From assembly GCF_057098645.1 (NCBI RefSeq), contig NZ_CM169472.1: a DNA stretch of 64,000 nucleotides; one strand, written 5' to 3'. A program made the position numbers and the translations under genes. How positions within the stretch are numbered: the first letter of the stretch is position 1; every line of letters begins with the position of its first letter. The notes under the pieces were generated by a model, which saw nothing but the letters and a program-made list of their open reading frames with translations, was not told the DNA's origin and made no database searches. Below are positions 40,553 to 50,552 of the stretch, one piece after another.

Positions 40553-41737
40553 ATGGAACAGACCTGGCGCTGGTACGGCCCAAACGATCCGGTTTCTTTA
40601 GCTGATGTCCGTCAGGCGGGCGCAACTGGCGTGGTTACCGCGCTGCACCATATCCCGAACGGCGAAGTATGGTCCGTAGAAGAGATCCTCAAACGCAAGG
40701 CGATTGTTGAAGACGCAGGCCTGGTGTGGTCTGTCGTAGAAAGCGTACCAATTCACGAAGATATCAAAACCCACACTGGCAACTATGAGCAGTGGATCGC
40801 TAACTATCAGCAGACTCTGCGCAACCTGGCGCAGTGCGGCATTCGCACCGTGTGCTACAACTTCATGCCGGTGCTCGACTGGACTCGTACTGACCTCGAA
40901 TACGTGCTGCCAGACGGCTCCAAAGCTCTGCGCTTCGACCAGATCGAATTCGCAGCATTCGAAATGCATATCCTGAAACGTCCAGGCGCGGAAGCGGATT
41001 ACACCGAAGAAGAAATTGCTCAGGCAGCTGAACGCTTCGCCACTATGAGCGACGAAGACAAAGCGCGTCTGACGCGTAACATCATTGCCGGTCTGCCGGG
41101 CGCGGAAGAAGGGTATACCCTCGACCAGTTCCGTAAGCACCTGGAGCAGTACAAAGATATCGATAAAGCGAAGCTGCGCGAAAACTTTGCCGTCTTCCTG
41201 AAAGCGATTATTCCAGTTGCTGAAGAAGTTGGCGTGCGTATGGCGGTTCACCCGGACGATCCGCCGCGCCCGATCCTCGGCCTGCCGCGCATTGTTTCCA
41301 CCATTGAAGATATGCAGTGGATGGTTGATACCGTAAACAGCATGGCGAACGGTTTCACCATGTGCACCGGTTCCTACGGCGTGCGTGCTGACAACGATCT
41401 GGTTGATATGATCAAGCAGTTCGGTCCGCGTATTTACTTCACCCATCTGCGCTCCACCATGCGTGAAGATAACCCGAAAACCTTCCACGAAGCGGCGCAC
41501 CTGAACGGTGACGTTGATATGTACGAAGTGGTGAAAGCGATTGTTGAAGAAGAACACCGTCGTAAAGCGGAAGGCAAAGAAGACCTGATCCCGATGCGTC
41601 CGGACCACGGTCATCAGATGCTGGACGACCTGAAGAAGAAAACCAACCCAGGTTACTCCGCAATTGGTCGTCTGAAAGGCCTGGCCGAAGTTCGCGGTGT
41701 CGAATTGGCGATCCAGCGCGCTTTCTTTAGCCGTTAA
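40553..41737 (+). CDS. uxuA: Mannonate dehydratase UxuA
   Basis: [40 protein letters not shown]..., 394 aa; AAAGAGGAAAAA RBS. Confidence 0.9.
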   Translation: MEQTWRWYGPNDPVSLADVRQAGATGVVTALHHIPNGEVWSVEEILKRKAIVEDAGLVWSVVESVPIHEDIKTHTGNYEQWIANYQQTLRNLAQCGIRTVCYNFMPVLDWTRTDLEYVLPDGSKALRFDQIEFAAFEMHILKRPGAEADYTEEEIAQAAERFATMSDEDKARLTRNIIAGLPGAEEGYTLDQFRKHLEQYKDIDKAKLRENFAVFLKAIIPVAEEVGVRMAVHPDDPPRPILGLPRIVSTIEDMQWMVDTVNSMANGFTMCTGSYGVRADNDLVDMIKQFGPRIYFTHLRSTMREDNPKTFHEAAHLNGDVDMYEVVKAIVEEEHRRKAEGKEDLIPMRPDHGHQMLDDLKKKTNPGYSAIGRLKGLAEVRGVELAIQRAFFSR

Positions 41738-41817
41738 TATCCACCGGCATGGCTGCGCGCCGTGCCGGTTCCTTCTTCCTTGCCGTCACCCTCTGAAGAC
41801 GGATTCTGGAGTTTACG

Positions 41818-43278
41818 ATGACTACTATTGTTGACAGCAATCTGCCGGTTGCCCGCCCGTCATGGGATCATTCTCGTCTGGAATCACGCATTGTGCATCT
41901 CGGTTGCGGGGCGTTTCACCGCGCGCACCAGGCGCTGTATACCCATCATCTGCTGGAAAGCACCGACAGCGACTGGGGCATCTGCGAAGTTAACCTGATG
42001 CCAGGCAACGACCGCGTGCTGATCGAAAACCTGAAAAAACAGCAACTGCTGTACACCGTAGCGGAAAAAGGCGCAGAAAGCACCGAGCTGAAAATTATCG
42101 GTTCGATGAAAGAAGCGCTGCATCCGGAAATCGACGGCTGCGAAGGTATTCTCAACGCGATGGCGCGTCCGCAAACGGCGATTGTCTCTCTAACGGTCAC
42201 GGAAAAAGGCTACTGCGCTGATGCGGCAAGCGGTCAACTGGATCTCAATAACCCGCTGATCAAGCACGATCTGGAAAACCCGACTGCGCCGAAGTCCGCG
42301 ATTGGTTACATCGTCGAAGCCTTGCGTCTGCGTCGTGAAAAAGGGCTGAAAGCATTTACGGTGATGTCCTGCGATAACGTGCGTGAAAACGGTCATGTGG
42401 CGAAGGTCGCGGTACTGGGGCTGGCTCAGGCGCGTGACCCGCAGCTGGCGGCATGGATTGAAGAGAACGTCACCTTCCCATGCACCATGGTTGACCGCAT
42501 CGTTCCGGCGGCGACGCCAGAAACCTTACAGGAAATTGCTGACCAGCTGGGTGTTTACGACCCGTGCGCCATTGCCTGCGAACCGTTCCGTCAGTGGGTG
42601 ATTGAAGATAACTTCGTTAATGGTCGCCCGGACTGGGATAAAGTGGGCGCACAGTTCGTTGCAGACGTTGTGCCGTTCGAAATGATGAAGCTGCGTATGC
42701 TGAACGGCAGCCACTCTTTCCTGGCGTACCTCGGTTACCTCGGCGGCTATGAAACCATTGCCGACACCATGACTAACCCGGATTATCGCAAAGCGGCCTT
42801 CGCCCTGATGATGCAGGAACAAGCGCCAACGCTGTCGATGCCGGAAGGTACGGACCTGAACGCCTATGCGACGCTGCTGATCGAGCGTTTCAGCAACCCG
42901 TCTCTGCGTCACCGTACCTGGCAGATTGCAATGGACGGCAGCCAGAAGTTACCGCAGCGTCTGCTGGACCCGGTGCGTCTGCACCTGCAAAACGGCGGCA
43001 GCTGGCGTCACCTGGCGCTGGGCGTGGCTGGCTGGATGCGTTACACCCAGGGCGTGGATGAGCAGGGTAATGCCATTGACGTGGTCGACCCGATGCTGGC
43101 CGAGTTCCAGAAGATTAACGCGCAGTATCAGGGCGCAGACCGCGTGAAAGCGCTGCTGGGCCTGAGCGGTATTTTTGCCGATGATCTGCCGCAAAATGCC
43201 GACTTTGTTGGCGCGGTGACGACGGCATATCAGCAGCTGTGCGAACGCGGTGCGCGCGAGTGTGTGGCTGCGCTGTAA
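41818..43278 (+). CDS. uxuB: D-mannonate oxidoreductase UxuB
   Basis: 486 aa, GCGAFHRAH Rossmann-like motif, operon position after uxuA. Confidence 0.9.
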   Translation: MTTIVDSNLPVARPSWDHSRLESRIVHLGCGAFHRAHQALYTHHLLESTDSDWGICEVNLMPGNDRVLIENLKKQQLLYTVAEKGAESTELKIIGSMKEALHPEIDGCEGILNAMARPQTAIVSLTVTEKGYCADAASGQLDLNNPLIKHDLENPTAPKSAIGYIVEALRLRREKGLKAFTVMSCDNVRENGHVAKVAVLGLAQARDPQLAAWIEENVTFPCTMVDRIVPAATPETLQEIADQLGVYDPCAIACEPFRQWVIEDNFVNGRPDWDKVGAQFVADVVPFEMMKLRMLNGSHSFLAYLGYLGGYETIADTMTNPDYRKAAFALMMQEQAPTLSMPEGTDLNAYATLLIERFSNPSLRHRTWQIAMDGSQKLPQRLLDPVRLHLQNGGSWRHLALGVAGWMRYTQGVDEQGNAIDVVDPMLAEFQKINAQYQGADRVKALLGLSGIFADDLPQNADFVGAVTTAYQQLCERGARECVAAL

Positions 43279-43302
43279 CTAACTGATTACCCTACAGACT
43301 TA

Positions 43303-43347
43303 CTGGTCAATCAAACTGATATTTGGTTGACCAGTTTTCGTTTTTTT
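43303..43347 (+). terminator. Rho-independent terminator after uxuB, overlapping a UxuR-box-like motif
   Basis: Stem ctggtcaa / ttgaccag followed by ttttcgttttttt; the 3' arm atttggttgaccagttt (43321-43337) is the reverse-complement match of the uxuA operator-like site. Confidence 0.55.
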
Positions 43348-43404
43348 GCCCACCTGTACGTGCCAACTTCCAGTGCTAATGGTATAGTTTGAGATTAACG
43401 GGGG

Positions 43405-43460
43405 CCGTAAAATTGCCCGTTGTAGGCCGGATAAGGCGTTCACGCCGCATCCGGCAAAAA
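43405..43460. repeat. REP element between uxuB and uxuR
   Basis: cccgttgtaggccggataaggcgttcacgccgcatccggcaaaaa, canonical REP palindromic unit. Confidence 0.7.
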
Positions 43461-43492
43461 TTTGATTAACCGCACCTAACGGACACAACACC

Positions 43493-44266
43493 ATGAAATC
43501 TGCCACCTCTGCGCAAAGACCTTACCAGGAAGTCGGGGCGATGATCCGCGATCTGATCATAAAGACGCCGTACAATCCTGGCGAACGGCTGCCGCCGGAG
43601 CGTGAAATTGCAGAAATGCTTGATGTCACGCGGACGGTGATACGTGAAGCGCTGATCATGCTGGAGATCAAAGGGCTGGTGGAAGTGCGCCGGGGTGCCG
43701 GTATCTATGTTCTTGATAGCTCAGGCAGCCACAACACAGACAGTCCGGATGCCAACGTCTGCAATGATGCGGGTCCTTTTGAGCTGTTACAGGCGCGTCA
43801 GTTACTGGAAAGTAACATCGCCGAGTTTGCCGCCCTGCAGGCTACCCGCGAAGATATCGTCAAAATGCGTCAGGCATTGCAACTGGAAGAGCGTGAACTG
43901 GCTTCCAGCGCGCCGGGTAGCAGCGAAAGCGGTGACATGCAGTTCCATCTCGCTATTGCCGAAGCAACGCATAACAGCATGCTGGTGGAGTTATTCCGTC
44001 AGTCCTGGCAGTGGCGGGAAAACAACCCAATGTGGATCCAGTTGCACAGCCATCTGGATGACAGCCTGTATCGCAAAGAGTGGTTGGGCGATCACAAACA
44101 GATCCTCGCCGCGTTAATCAAAAAAGATGCCCGAGCGGCGAAGCTGGCAATGTGGCAGCATCTGGAAAACGTTAAGCAACGTCTGCTGGAATTCTCGAAC
44201 GTTGACGATATTTATTTTGACGGCTATCTGTTTGATTCATGGCCGCTGGATAAAGTCGACGCCTGA
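43493..44266 (+). CDS. uxuR: GntR-family transcriptional repressor UxuR
   Basis: 257 aa; N-terminal HTH (ERLPPEREIAEMLDVTRTVIREAL), FadR-like C-terminal domain. Confidence 0.9.
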   Translation: MKSATSAQRPYQEVGAMIRDLIIKTPYNPGERLPPEREIAEMLDVTRTVIREALIMLEIKGLVEVRRGAGIYVLDSSGSHNTDSPDANVCNDAGPFELLQARQLLESNIAEFAALQATREDIVKMRQALQLEERELASSAPGSSESGDMQFHLAIAEATHNSMLVELFRQSWQWRENNPMWIQLHSHLDDSLYRKEWLGDHKQILAALIKKDARAAKLAMWQHLENVKQRLLEFSNVDDIYFDGYLFDSWPLDKVDA

Positions 44267-44277
44267 CTTATTATAAT

Positions 44278-44310
44278 AAGCGCAAGGGTAAACGTTCCTT
44301 GCGCTTTCTT
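44278..44310 (+). terminator. Terminator hairpin between convergent uxuR and yjiC
   Basis: 10-bp stem aagcgcaagg / ccttgcgctt with 9-nt loop, followed by tctt. Confidence 0.5.
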
Positions 44311-44406
44311 AAATTAAGAAGTCGCAATGAGTATTACTTTGTAAATTGCAGGGTATTGTTTAAATATCTGTATAACCTGAATATTAGTACTCATTCTTCT
44401 CAGTGG

Positions 44407-45237
44407 CTATTTACCAATATAATTCCATTCACCATTTTTTAATTCAAACAGTTCTGGAAGAGATGACGGTTGCAGAGTCATGCGTTTGAGTGGCGCATCT
44501 TCATCACCGGGGATAACTTTATATCCCATTTTTGCATGGATCTCCGCGGTACCAGGATAGGCTTCTATACCAATGATTGGGTCATTTTCCATCTCAATAT
44601 TAGCATTAAGTAATGCGGCAAGGGCGAATCCGGAAGAATTTGCTACCCCTGAGACAGTTATTATCTGATCAATATAGATATCAATTCTTGGCTGCTCATT
44701 GGTCCATCTTTTTGCCTGAGAAACTGGAAGGGTTGAAATATATCCTATCGTGGTTCCGGCGTAACCTGGAACATTGCAACCAGGGCCTAATGTTATTTCA
44801 TGAACTGTATAGTCCTCAACAGGATCGAAAGGGCTCTTCATAAATAAATTTAGCCGTAAACCTTCTGCTAATTCTGTAGCAGCATGCGCCTTTTTACATA
44901 TGCCACCATATATTTCGTCTAAAGCTGAGGTGATTTTCAAGTTTCGATAGAGCATACGTCCTGTTGTTGTAATACCATCGAATTCTCTGCATGTATCTGT
45001 CACATAATTAAATGGCCAGGACTGTTTGCCAATATTAAGTTTTCTAATTTCGACAACGCTTTTTCCATCGTAATTATGGTTATTGCCACGAGCAAGAGGC
45101 AGAAGATAGATATTTTCCGTATCCATGCGTGCATATTCATATCGACGTGTTAACTCATTGTCGACTTTTGGGTGATGAAGGAAGTGATTATCTGTAATAA
45201 TTTGACTCTGAAGGGTATTGCTTAATGGCATAGACAT
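44407..45237 (-). CDS. yjiC: Uncharacterised protein YjiC
   Basis: 276-aa ORF; matches my recollection of E. coli YjiC by sequence and position between uxuR and iraD. Confidence 0.75.
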   Translation of the reverse strand: MSMPLSNTLQSQIITDNHFLHHPKVDNELTRRYEYARMDTENIYLLPLARGNNHNYDGKSVVEIRKLNIGKQSWPFNYVTDTCREFDGITTTGRMLYRNLKITSALDEIYGGICKKAHAATELAEGLRLNLFMKSPFDPVEDYTVHEITLGPGCNVPGYAGTTIGYISTLPVSQAKRWTNEQPRIDIYIDQIITVSGVANSSGFALAALLNANIEMENDPIIGIEAYPGTAEIHAKMGYKVIPGDEDAPLKRMTLQPSSLPELFELKNGEWNYIGK

Positions 45238-45909
45238 AATAGTTACCTTTTATGAGTATTTCACTGATGTTTAGAAAAATAGATAAATTTTTCTGTAGTA
45301 AAAAGAGAAGTAAACAAATGACATGCATGTTTCTGTTGTAGTGATATCAACTCTACACAGTGATATTAAAGGGTAGGAAATACTCTAAAGTATCAAAAAA
45401 CGCTCATTTAAAATTATTTGCATGCAATTTAAAAGCATATCTTATTACTAATTGGAATTTGATGTTGCTATATTGAGGTCTATATTAATAATGCCTGTGA
45501 ATGGTATTTTTGATGTATTTGATATGTTATTAATTTATATTATTTACAAACTAATTGTTTCAAATAATACATGGCTGATTATGCGGAAATAAATAATTTC
45601 CCACCGGAATTAAGTAGCAGCGGTGACAAGTATTTTCATCTACGTAACTATTCGGAATATTCAGAATATACTAGCGGTTTTTTTTTGAGTTTGATGATTT
45701 TTATCAAATCATGACTTTTTTCCTGAAAAGTCAGTAGATATTCATAGGCAAGTAAGGTTTTATACTTTGCTGACAGGATTCAGGCCTGTCTCAGACTGAC
45801 ATGGATGTAATGAACAAAAGGGAATGGCTATGGAAAATGAGCATCAATACAGTGGTGCCCGGTGTTCAGGGCAAGCCGCATATGTTGCTAAACGTCAGGA
45901 GTGCGCAAA

Positions 45910-46302
45910 ATGATGCGCCAATCACTTCAGGCTGTTTTAACTGAAATTTCAGGCAATAAAACGTCATTGCTGCGTAAATCGGTATGCAGCGATCTCCTCA
46001 CTCTTTTTAATTCTCCTCATTCGGCATTACCGTCATTACTTGTTTCAGGCATGCCCGAGTGGCAAGTGCATAACCCGAGCGACAAACATCTCCAGAGCTG
46101 GTATTGCCGTCAGCTGCGTTCTGCACTGTTATTTCATGAGCCACGGATTGCGGCGTTGCAGGTCAATTTGAAAGAAGCGTACTGCCACACGCTGGCGATC
46201 AGCCTTGAGATAATGCTGTACCACGACGATGAACCGCTAACGTTTGATCTGGTCTGGGATAATGGCGGTTGGCGCAGTGCGACGCTGGAGAATGTCAGCT
46301 AA
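45910..46302 (+). CDS. iraD: Anti-adaptor protein IraD (inhibitor of RssB-mediated RpoS degradation)
   Basis: [25 protein letters not shown]..., 130 aa; convergent and slightly overlapping with hypT. Confidence 0.8.
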   Translation: MMRQSLQAVLTEISGNKTSLLRKSVCSDLLTLFNSPHSALPSLLVSGMPEWQVHNPSDKHLQSWYCRQLRSALLFHEPRIAALQVNLKEAYCHTLAISLEIMLYHDDEPLTFDLVWDNGGWRSATLENVS

Positions 46303-47206
46303 GCACAATCTCCAGCTCGCGCAGTTCACGCCAGAAGCGTTCGGCAACGGGATTCATGCGGGTATTCATCCGGTATGCGTAGGCCTGAATCGGGATCACC
46401 TGTTCGTCCCGATTCAGCACAACGAGCTGCCCGCTGCGAATTTCTTGTTGGATGGCATACTCCGGCAGCCAGGCAATCCCACAGCCGTCGAGGGCAACCT
46501 GCTTTAAAAGCTCGCTCATCGAAGAGACAAAAAAGGTGCTGAAACTTAACTCACTGTGGCGCGTCAGGGTGCGATTAATCAATCGCCCCATGTAGGAGTT
46601 GCGGCTGTAATTCAGTAACGGAAAGTGTGGCTGCGCGAGGTTAAAAAGTGCTTCTCCGTGTTCGTCACTGGCGCAGACAGGGAACAATTGAGATTCAAAT
46701 AAGCGAATGTGGTCAAACGGCGCTTCCAGCAAATCTTCGTCGTGAAAGGAAAAAATACAGTCACTTTGCCCTTCACGCAGTTTATCGACCGCTTCATCGA
46801 CATCAATGGCTTCAATTGCCCAGGTAAAGAGCGGCGGCATCTGGCTGATAATGGACGGTAACAGACCGAGGGAAAGAGAGTGTGCAGCGGCTATCTTGAT
46901 TTTACGTTGCGCGTAATCGCTGCCGCCACGCAGCTCTGCAAGGTTACTTTCTAACTGTTGCAACAGATGGCGGATCTGCGAATGGAAGATTTTCCCTTGT
47001 TCTGAGAGTTGCAGCGGCGTCACCTGGCGGTTAAACAATTCAACGCCAATCGCCTGTTCCAGCGCGCGGATGCGGCGGCTGAATGCCGGTTGCGAGACGT
47101 TACGACTGACTGCCGCCTGGGAAAAATTGCGGCATTTTTCCAGGGTCAGAAAATCATAAAGCCATTTGGTTTCAATATTATGCAAAACCGCACCACAGTC
47201 ATCCAT
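46295..47206 (-). CDS. hypT: LysR-type transcriptional regulator HypT (YjiE)
   Basis: 303 aa; N-terminal LysR HTH ([35 protein letters not shown]). Confidence 0.85.
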   Translation of the reverse strand: MDDCGAVLHNIETKWLYDFLTLEKCRNFSQAAVSRNVSQPAFSRRIRALEQAIGVELFNRQVTPLQLSEQGKIFHSQIRHLLQQLESNLAELRGGSDYAQRKIKIAAAHSLSLGLLPSIISQMPPLFTWAIEAIDVDEAVDKLREGQSDCIFSFHDEDLLEAPFDHIRLFESQLFPVCASDEHGEALFNLAQPHFPLLNYSRNSYMGRLINRTLTRHSELSFSTFFVSSMSELLKQVALDGCGIAWLPEYAIQQEIRSGQLVVLNRDEQVIPIQAYAYRMNTRMNPVAERFWRELRELEIVLS

Positions 47207-47270
47207 TACGTTTTACTCTGTCAGCCGCCCTTGCGGGCATTCTACGTCCATTAGGGCGGCTGACAACCGT

Positions 47271-48443
47271 TTAAGCCGTTTCAAACGTTCCTTTCACGCA
47301 GGCTTTGCCGTCTTTGACCATCAGTTTGCCGCGAGCATATACCTGCTCAATGCGCAATTCTGGCGTCATGACCAGTAAGTCTGCGTCATTGCCAGGCAGA
47401 ATTTCGCCTTTCCCGCTCAGGTTAAGGAAACCGGCTACGCTACTGGTGAGCGGGCGCAGGGCATCGCTGATACTGAAATCATAGTCTTTGACCAGCACCT
47501 GCACGGTTTCCAGCAACGTTTCAAAACCTGCAACACCGATATGGGTTAAATTCCCTTCGTCATCGAAGAACGGCTGGCTACCGTTGCCGTCGGAGCTGAG
47601 GGTGACGCGTGCCAGCGGAATACCCGCCTGAACGGCGCGGGCAATACCTTCGGCAGGGGCGACCGGTTCGTCAATGCTGCTGGTGATATCGATGGTGCCG
47701 CCTTTGCGCGCGAACTCCAGCGCCTGCTCAAACAACGGTACGTTGCGGTTAACGTGGGTCGGCAGCAACTTGCTGATCGGCACATCGCAGTTTTCCAGCA
47801 GGTCATAGACAGGCTGTAACGCCTTTTTGCTGTCGCCCATGTGGAACACGGTAACGCCAGGTTTACCGCCGAGCAAACCGCCAACGCGGGATTCTGCCGC
47901 CATATTAGCCAGGTGATAAACGTCCGGTGCGGCAGAACGGTGATCAGAGATGGCGCATTTCACGCCAATCACGCGATCGATAATCGCCACGTCTTTTTCC
48001 ACGGAACCCGTAATAGTGCGGGAAGGGACATGATAAGCGCCGGTCAGCATCCAGGCGCTGATGCCTTCTTCATTGAGCGCACGGGTCTTGGCGAGCAGGG
48101 ATTCCGGGTGGCGAGAGATAGAGTCGGTGCCCAGCAGACCAACCACTGACGTGACGCCCGCTTCTGTCAGGCGACTTAGCGCCACTTCCGGCGTGCGCGT
48201 CGTGGGACCTGCTTCGCCGCCACCGCCAATCAAATGGACGTGTTGATCAATAAAACCTGGGCAGAGGATCTGCCCACTGAGATCGACAACCGTGCAGTCC
48301 GGTACAATGTCAGAAGGGATATTGCTGGCAACGGCGATAATTTTGCCGTTAGCGACGAGGACATCGCAAATTCCCCGATCTTCCGGCGCATACAAATGCG
48401 CTCCCTGCAGCAGGGTAAAACCGGCTGCGGTATAATCAATCAT
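47271..48443 (-). CDS. iadA: Isoaspartyl dipeptidase IadA
   Basis: 390 aa; amidohydrolase-type metal-binding motif FIDQHVHLIGGGGE. Confidence 0.9.
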   Translation of the reverse strand: MIDYTAAGFTLLQGAHLYAPEDRGICDVLVANGKIIAVASNIPSDIVPDCTVVDLSGQILCPGFIDQHVHLIGGGGEAGPTTRTPEVALSRLTEAGVTSVVGLLGTDSISRHPESLLAKTRALNEEGISAWMLTGAYHVPSRTITGSVEKDVAIIDRVIGVKCAISDHRSAAPDVYHLANMAAESRVGGLLGGKPGVTVFHMGDSKKALQPVYDLLENCDVPISKLLPTHVNRNVPLFEQALEFARKGGTIDITSSIDEPVAPAEGIARAVQAGIPLARVTLSSDGNGSQPFFDDEGNLTHIGVAGFETLLETVQVLVKDYDFSISDALRPLTSSVAGFLNLSGKGEILPGNDADLLVMTPELRIEQVYARGKLMVKDGKACVKGTFETA

Positions 48444-48455
48444 GGTAACTCCTTG

Positions 48456-48917
48456 TTAAACAATAAGCTGCATAACCCAGATCGACAGCAATGCGTTAAT
48501 CACGCAGACCGTAATGATATGCGGGTAATATTTGGCATTCACTTCGGCTGTCCCCAGGCAGCGACCGACATTTTGCACCGGGTTGCCCATTAAATACATC
48601 GCGGGCAGTAAAACGGTGACATCGTGACCGGTTAATGCGCCAGCGGTTGCCAGACTGGCGGCAACACCGACTGCGCCGCCCATACTCATTAATGCGGCTA
48701 AAAGGACGGTTGCCGCTTCACCGGGTAATCCCCACAGCGCCATTACGGGTTCACAGATATGCCCCACCCAGTCGAGCAGGCCGGTAATTTTCAGCGCCTG
48801 AATGATGACAAACGCCATCACCACGTTTGGCAGCAGGTTGGTCGTGGCGATAGTAAAGCCACGGCGCGCGCCATCGATAAACATATCCATGACGTTTTTG
48901 CGGACCTGAGTTGTCAT
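48456..48917 (-). CDS. yjiG: Inner-membrane protein YjiG (SpmB-like)
   Basis: 153-aa hydrophobic protein; 4-nt overlap with yjiH. Confidence 0.85.
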   Translation of the reverse strand: MTTQVRKNVMDMFIDGARRGFTIATTNLLPNVVMAFVIIQALKITGLLDWVGHICEPVMALWGLPGEAATVLLAALMSMGGAVGVAASLATAGALTGHDVTVLLPAMYLMGNPVQNVGRCLGTAEVNAKYYPHIITVCVINALLSIWVMQLIV

Positions 48918-49609
48918 GCTTGCGCTCCTTGCGTTGGGTTGCGACGTTCTTCGAAGTTAAGCCAGACGCGCAAAATGTTGGCTCCGACAAATTTAAACAC
49001 CAGGATGACGGCTAAAGGTACGATTACGGACGTGCCCAGAAAGGCGAACACCGCGACGCCGGAAGAGAAGTAGTTGGTGATGATGGCGCTACCGCTGGTT
49101 TGATATGCGGCGAAAATCACTTTATCGCGTTCGGTAATTTCACCTTCCTGCGCCAGCTCTTTGGTCATACCGGCGGCGGCATCAGTGTTTTGCAAGTTAG
49201 CGATCAGCGCCAGCGAGCAGATCCCTGGAATGCCCAACAACGGTTTTAGCACAGGTGTCATTAACTGCTGCGCGGCGCGTAATCCACCAAGACCATCGGT
49301 AATTGAAATAATCCCCAGAGAGAGAATGACTGACGGTGCCAGCTCCAGCGCAAAGAGAAAGCCATCTTTAGCCCCCGCACCACCCGCGCCGCGAAATGAG
49401 GTGGTGGCTCCGTTCGCACCAGGCAGTTGCCCAAACGATCCGTTCAGAACGGAAAAATCAAAAACGCGCCACCAGCTGTCTGTCCCGGAAAAAACACCGG
49501 AAAAAAAGATTATGGTGAGAAAAAAGGCCAGATACCCTTTAATGCCCACTTTTTCTGTCGCCAGCTCCCCGGCTACAGCATCCCCTTGTTGTGTCATAAC
49601 AATCCCCAT
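48914..49609 (-). CDS. yjiH: Inner-membrane protein YjiH (nucleoside-recognition/SpmA-like)
   Basis: 231-aa ORF (true start may be the internal Met at residue 5); first gene of yjiH-yjiG-iadA. Confidence 0.8.
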   Translation of the reverse strand: MGIVMTQQGDAVAGELATEKVGIKGYLAFFLTIIFFSGVFSGTDSWWRVFDFSVLNGSFGQLPGANGATTSFRGAGGAGAKDGFLFALELAPSVILSLGIISITDGLGGLRAAQQLMTPVLKPLLGIPGICSLALIANLQNTDAAAGMTKELAQEGEITERDKVIFAAYQTSGSAIITNYFSSGVAVFAFLGTSVIVPLAVILVFKFVGANILRVWLNFEERRNPTQGAQA

Positions 49610-49846
49610 TGTTTTTTTGTGTTTGTGTGTTGCTTGAGCCAGGAAAATTCCTGGAACTGAAAAACCTTATCAGCCATGTGGGTATGGGGAAAATGCAAGT
49701 ATGTTTCTGGCTATGCGTTTTTTGCATAGGGGAAACATTACGCTGTGTGGAAAAGGTTCTGCGCAGGATTGAGTTGCAGAAAATTCATAAAGCCAGTGAC
49801 AATGACATTGGTAAATAAAAACAGAAAACCCAGGGACGAAAACGCG

Positions 49847-50398
49847 ATGGCAAAGTACAACGAAAAAGAGCTGGCGGATACGAGCAAGTTTTTAAGTTTT
49901 GTCCTCCGACACAAACCGGAGGCGATTGGTATCGTACTGGACCGTGAAGGATGGGCGAATATCGATAAGCTCATACTTTGTGCCCAAAAAGCGGGCAAGC
50001 GATTAACCCGTGCATTGCTGGATACCGTGGTCGCCACCAGCGATAAAAAGCGTTTTAGTTATTCCAGTGATGGTAGGTGCATCCGCGCGGTTCAGGGGCA
50101 TTCGACTTCGCAGGTCGCTATTTCCTTTGCCGAAAAAACACCGCCACAGTTTCTCTACCACGGTACGGCAAGCCGTTTCCTTGACGAGATAAAAAAACAG
50201 GGGCTGATTGCAGGGGATCGTCATTACGTGCATCTCTCTGCTGATGAAGCAACGGCACGCAAAGTGGGAGCAAGACACGGATCGCCGGTTGTCTTAACCG
50301 TCAAAGCACAGGAAATGGCGAAACGAGGCATCCCTTTCTGGCAAGCGGAAAACGGGGTCTGGCTGACATCAACGGTTGCTGTTGAGTTTCTTGAGTAG
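49847..50398 (+). CDS. kptA: RNA 2'-phosphotransferase KptA (Tpt1 family)
   Basis: [42 protein letters not shown]...; start at internal ATG 49847 rather than ORF-track start. Confidence 0.85.
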   Translation: MAKYNEKELADTSKFLSFVLRHKPEAIGIVLDREGWANIDKLILCAQKAGKRLTRALLDTVVATSDKKRFSYSSDGRCIRAVQGHSTSQVAISFAEKTPPQFLYHGTASRFLDEIKKQGLIAGDRHYVHLSADEATARKVGARHGSPVVLTVKAQEMAKRGIPFWQAENGVWLTSTVAVEFLE

Positions 50399-50510
50399 TC
50401 GTTTATGCCGGCTGGGGTACAAAAACAATAAATTCAATATATTGCAGGGGTTATATAGGCCTGATAAGCGCAGCACATCCGGCAATGTAGCGTTTGTTAT
50501 CAGTCTGAAA

Positions 50511-50534
50511 GGATACCCTCGTAAAAGGGTATCC
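50511..50534. terminator. Perfect hairpin between convergent kptA and the invasin-like gene; likely bidirectional terminator
   Basis: ggataccct cgtaaa agggtatcc, 9-bp stem and 6-nt loop, then tttaataac. Confidence 0.5.
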
Positions 50535-50552
50535 TTTAATAACATACTGAAA

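Noticed and set aside
40598-41614. 338-aa minus-strand ORF
   Set aside because: Lies entirely antisense to uxuA, whose product is unmistakable; a long antisense ORF typical of GC-rich coding DNA.
49161-49637. 158-aa plus-strand ORF
   Set aside because: Antisense to yjiH; Pro/Ala/Arg-rich translation typical of reverse-strand reading of a membrane protein gene.
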